Part shown: positions 1 through 12,102 of the stretch, in pieces | How the letters are laid out: every line of letters starts with the position of its first letter | Position numbering within the stretch: the stretch's first letter is position 1 | NCBI GenBank assembly: GCA_964016885.1 | Contig: OZ024742.1 | Span: 294,934,001-294,998,000, forward strand | Length of the DNA stretch: 64,000 bases | Direction: 5' to 3' | Origin: Eledone cirrhosa | Lineage: Eukaryota | Program-made: the position numbers and the translations under genes | Notes under the pieces: generated by a model | What the model was told of the DNA's origin: nothing | Seen by the model: the letters and a program-made list of their open reading frames with translations, nothing else | The model's database searches: none

Positions 1-516
1 ATATTTTTCTCCTGAGGATAGTCCTCTTCTGTTGTTGAGTACGTCTCGTCCTGACTATGAGGTCGCTAATTATCAGTCTATGTTGGGAGGTGCATTCTTC
101 ATGGGGGAGGGATTTAGTGTTTACAACAGACACTCTGTCACGCCTTCTGGTAAGGATATAATCTACCTGGCTTGTGTGTTCCCCGGATCTATAGGTGATC
201 AGGTGATTGTCACGTTTTTTGAAGTTAGTGTTACAGATAGTTAGGTTATTTGCATCACAGAATTCCAGGATTCTGGAGCCTTCCTCATTTCTAGTACCAA
301 ACCCATAGCCTCCGTGGATTCCGTCATAGCCGTCACAATGTTGTCCAACGTGACCATTTAGGTCGCCAACAATAATTATATAGTCCCTATCGGTTATTTG
401 GGAGGTAGTGAGCATCAGTGTCTCATAGAATCTGTCTTTTATAGCGCCAGGCAGTCCGGTTTGGGGTGCGTACGCAGATATTACTGTCACAGTAGTTCTA
501 TTTAGAACAAGTCTTA
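1..516 (-). mobile_element. RTE LINE, APE-endonuclease fragment (same family as 56548-60103); continues beyond the window start
   Basis: Reverse complement matches about 56950-57465 of the near-full-length RTE. Confidence 0.9.
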
Positions 517-989
517 TGTAGATAGATATGGTGTGTGTATTGTACACTAGCCATACATAGAGTGGGTGTATTGTATAGTGTAGGTAGACATAATGTCTAT
601 ATATTGTATAATGTAGGTAGATATAGGTGTCTATATTATATAATATATGTAGATAAACGGTGTAGGATGTGTATACTTTAAATTTCGGTCAGCCAGTAAC
701 AGTCATCTATCCAGTTATGTATCAAATACATGCTAATTCAAACCCCTTCAACTACATAATTACTACTCTTGTTTCTTAAACGTATCAATTGATTACGTAA
801 CTGAAAATTAGTACTAACAGCAACTGAGAGTTAACCTTGAGATAGACTTGTGTCTCATCCAGGAGTCATGTAGTCTCATGTCCCTTGACACCTCATGAAA
901 ATAAGCTCCAGTTTGATGAGCTTCTAGAATCAAAGAAGACTTTAACTAAAATCGTTTGTGTCCCTCCCTTCTTTATTTAAGATGATAAG

Positions 990-1242
990 GTGTGATCTGA
1001 GGGATATTTGGATGCTATTTCTAGCAGGCCAAACAATCATCTGTGAAGGCATGAGGACAAGTGGTGAAGATGTTTGTTTCATGGTCAAAATGTATAGTGT
1101 AATTTCAGAAACATTTGGTTGCTATTTCTAGTAGACCAAGCAACCACCTGTGAAGTGATGAAGGTATTGGTCTCCCAATCAAAATGTATAGTGTGATTTT
1201 GGGAATATTTCGTTGCTATTTCTAGCAGGTCAAGCGAACCAC
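990..1242 (+). repeat. Degenerate ~100-bp tandem repeat, about 2.5 copies
   Basis: Recurring 'gtgtga...atttgg.tgctatttctag.ag.c.aa.caa.ca.ctgtgaag...tcaaaatgtata'; a related motif occurs at ~60781. Confidence 0.65.
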
Positions 1243-1532
1243 ACTAAGATTCTCATTATAGCCCCCTTTGATGAGAATAAAAAAAATGAAATAGAAACTA
1301 GTTGATACATATGCAAGATTTAATCCGGAGAACATCAGAAGTCTGTTTTTAGATAAGCATTTAAAACTAATTAATAAAATTGATGGGCGTTTTTGTTTTT
1401 GCTTCCCCACTTTTCTTTTTCTTTCTCTCGCTCTGGTCATATATTTTGATGTGTTGTTTTTGTAAGGTTCCTAGCAATAGCTCAATTGTACTTGTTATAT
1501 GTGTTTATATTTGTGTTTATCAACGACATTGT

Positions 1533-1850
1533 GAAGGTGCATGGCATTGTAGTAGCAGTATTCGGCTGACAGTAGTAAGGTCATGAGTTTGATTCCTGGC
1601 AGTGCATTGTGTCCTTGAGCAAGACACTTTATTTCACGTTGCTCCGGTCCACTCAGCTAGCAAAATGAGTTGCACCTGTAATTCGAAGGTCCAGCCTTGT
1701 CACGTTCTGTGTCATGGTGAATCTCCCTGAGATCTACATTAAGAGTACTCATGGCTGTCGAATGCTCAACCACTTGCACATTAATTTCACAAGCAGGCTG
1801 TTCTATTGGAACACTCATCATCGTAACCAACGGAATGCCAGTTATTAATG
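1533..1850 (+). mobile_element. tRNA-derived SINE with CORE-like domain (family A)
   Basis: tRNA-like head with B-box-like 'gagtttgattcc', then 'gtgtccttgagcaagacactttatttcac'; similar copy at 10835-11130. Confidence 0.75.
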
Positions 1851-2103
1851 ACATTATAATTGTAATGTTATTCTGAAAGAATTGTAAGCAATTTGTAATG
1901 TTATTTATGTATATATATATATATATATATATATTATTTAATAAAAACATATTGATTAATGAAATAGGGGAATGAACTGACAGGAAGTCTACCTGGACTT
2001 AGGTGGGGTTGGAGCTGTGATTGGAGTGAAGATTAAAACTGTTCAATTATCTTTCATCATTATCATCATCATTGTCATCATTGTCATCATTATTTCATAT
2101 CAA

Positions 2104-2290
2104 GGGCGGTGGATTGGCAGTATTGGTAGAGGGTCGGACGCCATGCTTTGCCGCAAAGAGTTACGTCCCTTTATGGTCAAATCCCGCCGAGGTTAACTTT
2201 GCCTTTCATCCTTACACGGTCGATAAAATAAAGTACCAGTAATGCACTGGGATAATTGCTGGCCTTGTGCCAAATGTAGAAACAATTATT
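2104..2290 (+). mobile_element. SINE family B (gggcggtggattggcagtat...gcctttcatccttac...gtcgataaaataaagtaccagt...gtagaaacaattatt)
   Basis: About 10 related copies in the window; TSD attatttcatatc on both sides. Confidence 0.85.
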
Positions 2291-2598
2291 TCATATCTGC
2301 TTTCCATGATGATGTGGATTGGATAGGTTGCCATGGTCTGAGACCAGACATTTGTAGCAACCTAATCTTATTCACAGTTATATAAATAACATTACAAATT
2401 GTTTATAATTCTTACAGAATAAAAATATAAACATGTATAATAAATACAATTAATTATTGCTTAGGAACCTCACAAATATAATGTACAAAAAAAAATATAT
2501 GATCAAAGCGAGAGAAAAATGAAACGAAAGAAAAAAAATCCTGTTCCTGGTGCATTTTTTCATGGCACCAGCACTACCCCTTTCTAGAGTCTACTGGG

Positions 2599-2770
2599 CA
2601 GTGCCAGATTTAGGACAAATGAGACCCTATGCTAGTTAAGTTATGAGGCCCCTTACTTGGGCCCTGAAGGACATAAATTTTTTTGGGGGGCCCGGAAGAT
2701 GCCCCCCCCCCCCTTGCAAACGGGGCCCTTTGCTTGAGAACACCTAAGTACAATGGTAAATCCGACACTG
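2599..2770. mobile_element. hAT-like MITE
   Basis: TIRs cagtgccagattta / taaatccgacactg; 8-bp TSD ctactggg / gtactggg. Confidence 0.7.
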
Positions 2771-3314
2771 GTACTGGGTGTGTTTTATTGTGGCACTAAT
2801 ATTAGTGAAATTTATCACATGTCTATCCAGAGTAAAGAGTCCACTCAAACCTTATATCGTGTTTGCTTGATCAACAGCATTATAGTCTCTGGTCTCTCAT
2901 CACATTTACTTTTACTTTTAGTGTCTCAGTGTTTGTACATAATTAATATAACAGTTAAGCCACCGTTTGTAAACAAAACACCTGAACTACTTCACTGTTA
3001 TTCTGACCTCTTAAGTTTAACTGTCAAATATTAAAGCAAACATACCATACAGAGTGATACAGGATGTACTGAACATCATAACAAGATAAAAACTGTACAC
3101 ATCACCACTACTGATCAAAATGAAGGTGAGACATAGTATTTACCAGTCCACTCCCTTGTCACTATTTTAAACCTAACAAACAGCCAAATAAATATTGAAT
3201 TCCAGGAAAACAATTCTGTGTTATAAGTGATATGTGATATGTATAGTTATGTGTGCGTGTGTGTGTTCATGTATGTAAGTGTGCATTTATCTGTATATGA
3301 ATGTATGTGTGCGT

Positions 3315-3373
<59 letters not shown>

Positions 3374-3378
<5 letters not shown>

Positions 3379-4354
3379 ATAATAAAATTATTGTGTACTG
3401 TGCACAGGTGCACTACAACTCATCAAAGGTGCAGGTATAGTACATAGATTAATGTACAAATGTCAGGAAAGTGAACAGTGTATGAGTCATGATATACATG
3501 TGTGCATGTGTATGGAGGGGGGATATCAGGTGTAGTGTTGGTGAATTTCAGGAAGCATGGAGGTTTTAAAGGATGCAGTGTATTGGCAGGTAACAACTGA
3601 TGCAGGTAGTTTGTTCCATGCTTCAGCAACTCTGAGCGTGAAAAAATGTTTCCGAAAGTCATGGGAGCTGTGCTGTTTTCTGATTTTGTAGGCATGCCCA
3701 TGTGTGTTAGACACATGGAATTCAAAAAGGTGTTCAGGGTTTTTATACCCAGTTTTTCTTTCAGCTCATCCATACTCTGTCATTCATTCATGCTAACATT
3801 ACTCATCCAATGGAGCATGCTTGCTTCATTTCTCTCCAACCTCCAAGTTTCTTCTGCATTTACCACCCATGTCCCACCGACATGCAACTTTACACTTCTC
3901 ATGAGGTCTCCGAAAGTCATGGGAGCTGTGCTGTTTTCTGACTTTGTAGGCATGCCCACATATGTTAGACACATGGAAATCAAAAAGGTGTTCAGGGTTG
4001 TTGTTGGCAAGATGGTTAATAATTTTGTGGGTGTTTACCAAGTCAGTTGCCAAAATCCGGAGGTTCAATGTAACCATGCCCAGGGAAGCAAGGTTTTCAG
4101 AGTATGGTAGATGCTTGATGGAGGGTATTTGCTTGGTTGCACGTCTCTGAACAGTTTCCAGGAAGTCAATGTGCTGAGCAAGATAGGGGTTCCGGACTGG
4201 TGATGCAAATTCTAAGTGTGACCGGATCATAGCTACATACAGCTTTAAATAGATAGCTGGAGAGTGGCTGACAAAGGTCTTGCTGAGTGATGCTAAGATA
4301 CCCGCAGCCTTCTCAACAATTTTAGAGATATGTTTCATCCAACGCAAATTGCTG

Positions 4355-4357
<3 letters not shown>
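3374..4357 (-). mobile_element. CR1-type LINE, 5'-truncated 3' fragment
   Basis: Translation 'LYVAMIRSHLEFASPV..PY..HIDFLETVQRRATK' and 'RKHFFTLRVAEAWNKLP' are typical of CR1 ORF2 C-termini; (ATT)n tail; flanked by (TA)n. Confidence 0.85.
3741..3909 (-). mobile_element. Internal RTE fragment nested in the CR1
   Basis: 'TWRLERNEASMLHWMSNV...MDELKEKLGIK' matches the RTE C-terminal region in other copies. Confidence 0.8.
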
Positions 4358-4429
<72 letters not shown>

Positions 4430-4595
4430 TAAAATTAGGAAAAATCAAATTTTTAGTTGGAAAGAAGGCATGACACTGATCCCATCTGTATATAGATACG
4501 GAGTAGATAGAAACTCTATACAACATACACAATGTAAATCTTGTGTACACAATACCTGTAGTCAGATAGTAGGCTGACTACAGGTATTGTGTACA

Positions 4596-4753
4596 GATAG
4601 CAGGCTGACTAACAGAAAAGGTAGACATTACAAGTGACAGATGTACAGGGATAGTTGATAGTAAGAACATCAATGAAATAAACTTTTTCCAATCTGAGAA
4701 AGGCTTCATAGAAGTAGTTGATAGCTGCTACTACCTAGGTGATCTAATTAGCT
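4596..4753 (+). mobile_element. Old RTE fragment (end of finger to YLG motif)
   Basis: 'atagaagtagttgatagctgctactacctaggtgatctaattagc' encodes IEVVDSCYYLGDLIS. Confidence 0.65.
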
Positions 4754-4884
4754 GACAGTCTCAACTCCATTTCAACACCCACATTTTGTTCAGGGATTTT
4801 GCTAAATTTGCTCTTATATCCATCAGAGAATTGAAGAGATGAGAGACAGAAACAAATCAGTGGCAGTGCCCCAGCATGACCTCA

Positions 4885-6726
4885 GCCTGTTGGCTGGAAC
4901 ATGTAAGAGAGTAATAGATTACTGACCCCTGTCTCCAATTACTCTTATACCCTTTATACTTATGGATATCTTTGTGCTGGAAGTTCTTCATAAAAGGGGA
5001 AGCCATTACTAGAACAGAAGTCTAATAGATACAGTTGCCATTCCTTCAAAGGAGGATCTGTATTTTGACTCTCTGTTTAGTGCATAAACCTGCACCATCC
5101 ACAGAAGCCTTTCTTTCAACCTAAGCTTCAAGAGGCAAATCCTCTCTCTCAATGGCAGCCATTCCATAACATATTCTAACAGCCAAGGACTTGTGAGTAA
5201 CTCCACTCCTACCTGTGCAGTTCTTTCTTGTGCTACACTTGAATAGTGGAGTTTCTATCCTTCATCCAAATCAATGGTATCAGAGCCACAGAACTTTGTT
5301 AAGGAAACCTCAACTATCTTTAGCATCTAGCCTCCTTCACCAGTTTCTGCTCCTTACCTCTAAGGGTTGTAACATTCCAGTTGATAATTGTTAACATTTT
5401 CTCTCTTTTTTAGCCTCTTTGGTGTCTTGGGTTATACAACCTTTGTGCATCCATCCCATGCCTCCTAAAACAGGTTGCAGGCCCATTACCAGTCATTTCA
5501 ACATTATATGGGATAGCAATATATTTTTTTAACAGACTCCTTTAACTAAAGCCCAAATTCATCCCTTGTTATCCAGCATGAAGGATGATATAGTATGGTT
5601 GTTTTTATTGAATCCAACCATACTGCAGTTTTATTCTGTAGTCTTATTCCTGCTAGTCACCAATAGGGTAATTTTCTCAAACCTGCAAAGACTAGGCTTT
5701 TTAGAGATGGCTGTTACTTACCTTGTAACTACATCATTGGGTTAGAAGAGTTTTACTGAGAGCTAACAGTATCCCCCATTACTTCATCTCCTCTAGTAGC
5801 TTACCACTGTTTGGTCCAGGGTTGCTTCTTCATTCAGCAGGAGCCCATTTATATCTCATCTAGACATCATATATTGTGGACATATCATTATCCAATGCCT
5901 GTGACCTGTTCTCTAGCAGAACAGCTCTACCGAGAAAATATAGGGGGGTGGGGGCTCCTGTATAATTATTTACCAGGTCTAATGTTTGCTTAGCTTCATT
6001 GACCAATCAACAACTGGAGTTGTCAATGAGAAAATGGGTGTAAGCCAGATAGCTGCAACATACCATGACTGGCAAGCTTCATTGACCAATCAACAACTGG
6101 AGTTGTCAATGAGAAAATGGGTGTAAGCCAGATAGCTGCAACATACCATGACTGGCATGCAGACTTTTCTAAAGCTTATAATAGGCTGAGGCTAGATGAG
6201 AACTGTGAGCTCCATTTTGACTGGTAATAGGATCATGCAGGATGGGATGAACACCCAAGGCTGGTAATGGGCCCAGGCAAAATGTGAAATGTTGGCACTA
6301 TTTCAAACTGCTCATAAAGTAGTTTAGTAACCAGTGCCTGTTGGCTGGAACATGTAAGAGAGTAATATAGTACTGAACCCTGTCCCCAATTACACTTATA
6401 CCATTTATACTTATGGATATCTTTGTGCTGGAAGTTGTTCATAACTGAGAGGCCATTACTAGAACAGAAGTTTAATAGATAGAGTTGCCATTCCTTCCAA
6501 GGAAAATGGGTGTAAGCCAGATAGCTGCAACATACGGTGACTGGCATGCAGACTTTCCTAAAGCTTATAATAGGCCGAGGCCAAATGAGAACTGTGAGCT
6601 CCATTTTAACTGGTAATAGGATCATGCAGGATGGGATGAACACCCAAGGCTGGTAATGGGCCCAGGCAAAATGTGAAATGTTGGCACTATTTCAAACTGT
6701 TCATAAAGTAGTTTAGTAACCAGTGT
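4885..6726. repeat. Local segmental tandem duplication with internal deletion, plus an 83-bp tandem duplication
   Basis: 4885-5054 matches 6336-6503; 6112-6336 matches 6503-6726; 5992-6074 equals 6075-6157. Confidence 0.85.
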
Positions 6727-6729
6727 TTA

Positions 6730-7048
6730 ACCTATATTATAATAAGAGTTCTGTCTGTCTGTCCATCTGTCCATTCCTCCATCTATCATGCTCACTTTAT
6801 ATTGAGAGGGGGAGCACCAAGCAAGAGATATGTATATATAAAGAGAAAAGGGAACATCTGTGTTTTTGAGGTGACAGAAAGAGGTGGATAGAAAGGTACA
6901 ATGTCACCCTCATCTATATAGAGAGAGAGTGAGCACCAAGCAAAAGGATGTACATAAATAGAAAGAGAAAACAAAAACACCATTTGTTTAGAGAGAGATA
7001 GTGTGTGTATGTGACAGAAAGAGGGAGAAAATGTCACCCTCATCTAGT
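6730..7048 (+). mobile_element. Possible non-autonomous Helitron-like element
   Basis: Starts 'ctatattataataagag..ctgtctgtctgtcc', ends 'ctagt', and has a ~110-bp internal direct repeat. Confidence 0.35.
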
Positions 7049-7198
7049 GTATTTAATTTATGTATGGATTACAGGTGTGTACATGTACACGGTGTGTGTA
7101 TGATGTACTTAAATATAACAGAACAAACTAAAAGAAATAAAATTTGAGGTGAGTAGGCCACCTCAAAAAACTATGTGCCGTGCCTACCTGGCCTACTG

Positions 7199-7573
7199 GG
7201 CTTCCTCACACTGTCCTAGCTTGCTAACACTGTCTTGCTAACACTAGCTTGCTAACACTGTCCTAGCTTCCTCACACTGTCCTAGCTTGCTAACACTGTC
7301 TTGCTAACACTAGCTTCCTCACACTGTCCTAGCTTGCTAACACTGTCTTGCTAACACTAGCTTCCTCACACTGTCCTAGCTTGCTAACACTGTCTTGCTA
7401 ACACTAGCTTGCTAACACTGTCCTAGCTTGCTAACACTGTCTTGCTAACACTAGCTTGCTAACACTGTCCTAGCTTCCTCACACTGTCCTAGCTTGCTAA
7501 CACTGTCTTGCTAACACTAGCTTGCTAACACTGTCCTAGCTTCCTCACACTGTCCTAGCTTGCTAACACTAGC
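7199..7573. repeat. Composite minisatellite (gcttcctcacactgtccta / gcttgctaacactgtc / ttgctaacacta units)
   Basis: Near-perfect tandem units visible directly. Confidence 0.95.
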
Positions 7574-7904
7574 CACATTTAAGTGTCATTGTTCTGATTG
7601 GTTATTCATTGAAAGTTTGTAATTTTCTAACTTATGTTAATGCTATGTCATTATCTATAAAATACATGTAATTGTTGAGGCTTTAACTATAGCATCATTC
7701 CAAAGTCATTTATCAAACCACAATAGAAATGTGCTTAAGTATGTTTAATCCAAATAGCTTTCCTCAAGTCATCATAATCATCATCATCATCATCATTTTA
7801 AGTCTACTTTTTTCCATGCTAGCATGTGTTAGAGCGGTTGTTATACTTCATGTCAGTACTTTATTGGAACCACTGTCCTTCTTACTCAAATAAAGACTAA
7901 TAAT

Positions 7905-8090
7905 AATTACTATTTCTACTTTTGGCACAAGACCAGCAATTATCTCAGTGTATTACTGGTACTTTATTTTATCGACCTCGTAAGGATGAAAGGCTAAGTT
8001 GACTTTGGCAGGATTTGAACTCAGACCATAAAGGGATGTAACTCTTTGCTGCAAAGTATAGCATCCGACCATCTACCGATACTGCCAATG
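7905..8090 (-). mobile_element. SINE family B
   Basis: Reverse complement of the family B sequence. Confidence 0.8.
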
Positions 8091-9177
8091 ATGATTTAAG
8101 CACAAGACCAGCTTTCCACTCCATGAGTTTCTGTCTGGTGGGCCAAGCTTAGCTTGATCCCAACGGACATCCTCCATCCAAATACCTTTTAGTCTTCCTG
8201 GGTCTCTACTGCCTCCTGGATCAACATTCATCACTTTGGAGTGTTTAGTATAAATAGGTGAATCTTTAAGTAAACAATTTGATCAGATCAAATTTTCCCT
8301 ATTTAAGTTCATTTGATTAAGATTTAAATTGTGTGAGAATATAGTTAATGTTAATATGTGAATGGAATTCTCTATCAATAGTGGGCAACTAAGGGAGGGT
8401 GGAAAATTAAAAGATAATAAACATCTTGTTTAACTAACAACAGGATTATCTAAAGAATTAATAGTATTCTTAGCCATGATGAGGGAAATGTAATCTCTGA
8501 TAGCTTCTTCAAAAACAAGTTTGAACAAGGAATAAGTTAATATACAGGTTGGTCCATAATTAGCTTACTAGCTTACTCTTAAGAAATGGAAATGAAAAAG
8601 AAACCATAGTGATATGGTGCCAAAATACTATATAGGTAATTTATATAGATTTACCTTTAGTTACACTATATGTTTGAAATACAAGCATGTCACTATGTTC
8701 TATTGTAATCAGTAAATTAGTTATGGCCCAAACTTGATGTTTGTGTGTGTGTGTGTATATATATATATTTTTTTTTTTTTGTGCAAAAATTACTATGCCT
8801 AATCACATGACTGTCATCAACAAATAAAATGGCAAAAAGCAATTTTGAGCCACTTTTAAATAAAATAGCAAAAAGCAATTTTGAGCCACTTTTTCTGGCA
8901 TGAAATTTACTGTACCTAATCACATGACAGTCATCAACCAACAAAATTACATTTTAAAGAAATAACAATCTGGGCCACGTTTTTCGTATAAAACAATGAA
9001 TTTTTGAACTCCAACTAGATGTGAGACTCACCACAACAAAAACACATAACCTCCATCTCAATTTTACTTTTGAAAATCATAAGAACTGTGAAACTGGTAA
9101 AGTAAATAAATAGTCTTAAAAGACTCCAGTTGCATTTTCAATTTCTTTTCCTTATATATATATGATGATGATGATGA

Positions 9178-9211
<34 letters not shown>

Positions 9212-9288
9212 CTAAGGAAGTGTGGTAAGGAACCAGGTGGACCATAACGCACCAGAGTACTCGATACTTAGGTAGTAGAGTGGGTAAC

Positions 9289-9405
9289 AGGAAAAGAGTC
9301 AGAACCCCGACGACAGAGCTCAAGCCGTTTCACAGCTATTTCTGGACTCAGAAATAGCTGTCGAAACAGCTTGAGCTCTGCCGTCGGGGTTCTGACTCTT
9401 TTCCT
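9289..9405. repeat. ~57-bp-stem fold-back palindrome within a probable Penelope-type pseudo-LTR
   Basis: aggaaaagagtcagaaccccgac...tatttctg-gact-cagaaata...gtcggggttctgactcttttcct; 2 mismatches and 1 indel. Confidence 0.9.
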
Positions 9406-9428
9406 ATATATGTATATAAATATGTATA

Positions 9429-9783
9429 TACTCTTGGGTCTCAAATAATAAGGGTTGGGAATAAACGGGGGAATTGGTAATTTTTCTAGGTTGTCTTCAT
9501 TGACCTTTTTTAAAAACTAGAATTAGTCATTTAGTTTACATATTGAGACCCCAACTCCTCCTATTTATTTTATAACATGAGATTTTTTCTAATGTTCTTT
9601 TTTTTGTCATTTCTAATGTTTTTTAATGTCTAAAGAAAATTTATTGTTGCAGCAATGCTACCGCTTGAAATAAAATTTCACCAGAGATAGATTAACAAAA
9701 TTTAATAAGTGGTGGTGGTGGTGGGTGGAAAAAATCTGAAAAGTTAATGCACAGGGAGGATGATTATTCGAGACCTGAGAGTT
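9429..9783. mobile_element. MITE-like element
   Basis: Imperfect TIRs tactcttgggtctcaaataat / attattcgagacctgagagtt. Confidence 0.45.
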
Positions 9784-10168
9784 TATATTTAATATTAAGG
9801 AAACCATGAGTCTGAGGAACTATTGATTCCAGAGTCAGGTGCAATCGATACTGATTGTACCTTGAACTGATCAATCGCGAAACGCACGTTACACGTTAAT
9901 AAACATAATGATAGTATTTGACCAGGTGCACCCAACTTAGTAAGCAAATGAGGTCTGAGATCTTGTTGATCAATTCGATTGATGTAGGTCCAGATAAGGT
10001 CTACACAGGTAAATGTATTGACTCTGGATACAATAGACTACTCACCATTATCATCAGTTTACGCCCATTCCTCTATGCTAGCTTGGGTTAGACAACTTGT
10101 TACAGACCAAGTCACTGTAGTGCACCAGAGGACTGTACATAATAAGTTTCATTATTTCATTTTAATTA

Positions 10169-10558
10169 GGGCGGAGAATTGGCAGTATCGGTAGAGGGTT
10201 GGACGCCATGCTTTCCAGCATAGTTACGCCCCTTTACGGTCTGAGTTCAAATCCCGCCGAGCTTAACTTTCCCTTTCATCCTTACGGGGGTTGATAAAAT
10301 AAAGTACCAGTAATGTACTGGGTAATTGCTGGCCTTGTGCCAAAAGTAGAAACAATTATTTCATTTTAATTAGGGCGGTGAATTGGCAGTATCAGTAGAG
10401 GGTTGGATACCATGCTTTCTAGCATAGTTACGTCCCTTTATGGTCTGAGTTCAAATCCCATCGAGGTTAACTTTGCCTTTCATCCTTACGGGGGTCGATA
10501 AAATAAAGTACCAGTAATGTACTGGGTAATTGCTGGCCTTATGCCAAAAGTAGAAACA
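10169..10558 (+). mobile_element. Head-to-tail dimer of SINE family B
   Basis: Two full copies separated and flanked by three copies of attatttcattttaatta (10151, 10355, 10559). Confidence 0.9.
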
Positions 10559-10834
10559 ATTATTTCATTTTAATTAGAGCTGTTGTCCTAGATGGGCTGA
10601 AGATTGTATCTCACTTACATATACTCTGGTCTTTACAGCTATCACCAACACCTATCACCAACCCCTTTGCAGTGTGTACTGATGAGAGGAAATGAACCTT
10701 CAATCATGTGTTTGGTAAATGGACATCATATAAACTCACCATCTGCAGTTCCCAGTGTCAATCAAGACACCATGAAAAATCCAGTCTGTGTAGGTTTAGA
10801 TCATGTAAATAGACTCACCTAACTTATCTCTTTT

Positions 10835-11130
10835 GAAGATGTGTGGCTTAGTGGTTAGCATATTTGGCTCACAATCATAAGGCCATAAGTTTGATTCCCA
10901 GCAATGTGTTGTGTCCTTGAGAAAGACACTTTATTTCACATTGCTATAGTTCACTCAACTGAGTTATGTCTGTAACTCAAAGGGCCAGCCTTGACCCCAA
11001 TTATGTCATGCTGAATCTTTCTGAAAATTACATCATGGAGTCACATGGCTGTAGACTGCTTGGCCACTTTCCTGTTAATTTCATGAGTATGCTGTTCTGT
11101 CAGTCAAACATTTGTGATTGTCATCATCCT
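10835..11130 (+). mobile_element. SINE family A
   Basis: A-box-like 'gtggcttagtggttag', B-box-like 'gtttgattcc', and 'gtgtccttgagaaagacactttatttcac'. Confidence 0.75.
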
Positions 11131-11522
11131 AACTCACTGAGATCCAACACAACTTATCTGCTGTACAGACAAACAGTTAGCTATGCTGCTGGCTGATTGA
11201 CATATATTTTAAAGGGTGCATTTAACCAACCATCTAATTAAGAACAATTTAAAAACTTTCTCGAGCAACAATCGAGAGAAACCGATTCTAATACACCATT
11301 TGACAGGTTCTCGGACTTCTAAAATTAGTAATTTTCTCAGTACAAACTATTCTTGGGAAGGAGGGATTATGACTGATGTTAAATTGAAATGTACTATTTT
11401 CAACTATGTTAATAATTTATCATATTCTACATGGATCAAGTGGACAAATACTACAAGCACACACAATTTGAGTAGGACTGAGTTTAAAAACAATATATAT
11501 GTATATATGTGTGTGTATATAT

Positions 11523-12071
11523 ATATATTTGAAAAAAAGGAAAAGAATGACTTCACTTGTAGTTTTAAAAAATTTATGATTTAATGTTATAATAAATATT
11601 ATGAGTTGGTAGATCCAGTAAGTTCTTTGTTAACTTCGGTGGGAAGAATTTTAGAGATTCCTGGTTAACTTGGGTTGGAAAATTTTCTCGTATTCGTCTG
11701 TCTGCGGCGATTGTCAAACTGGGATCAGGTTGTGTTGAAATGTGTGACTATATATATAAGAGAGATTTGGATGTGTCTGGGGTGTGGTGTGTGGTGTTAA
11801 TGAGTGTTGATGACAATGAAGGTCCAGAGGAATTAAAGTATACATACATACACACACACACACACACGTACACACACACACACACACATATATATACACT
11901 GAGAAAATGGTGAGGTTGTAAGATAAGGGTGTTTGTCTCCTGCTGGTTTTATTTCATTAGCTGACCTTTGATGAGTTTATAATGGCATAGCTCTTCCAAA
12001 TCCATAAAGAATATCTTCTTTATGGATTTGGAAGAGCTATGTATATATATATGTGTGTGTGTATGTGTGTA

Positions 12072-12102
<31 letters not shown>

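Noticed and set aside
10838-10905. tRNA gene
   Set aside because: A/B-box-like motifs continue into a SINE body and there is no intact cloverleaf.
11216-11584. 122-aa ORF / possible exon after tttgacag
   Set aside because: No recognisable domain or convincing donor site, and it runs into a microsatellite.
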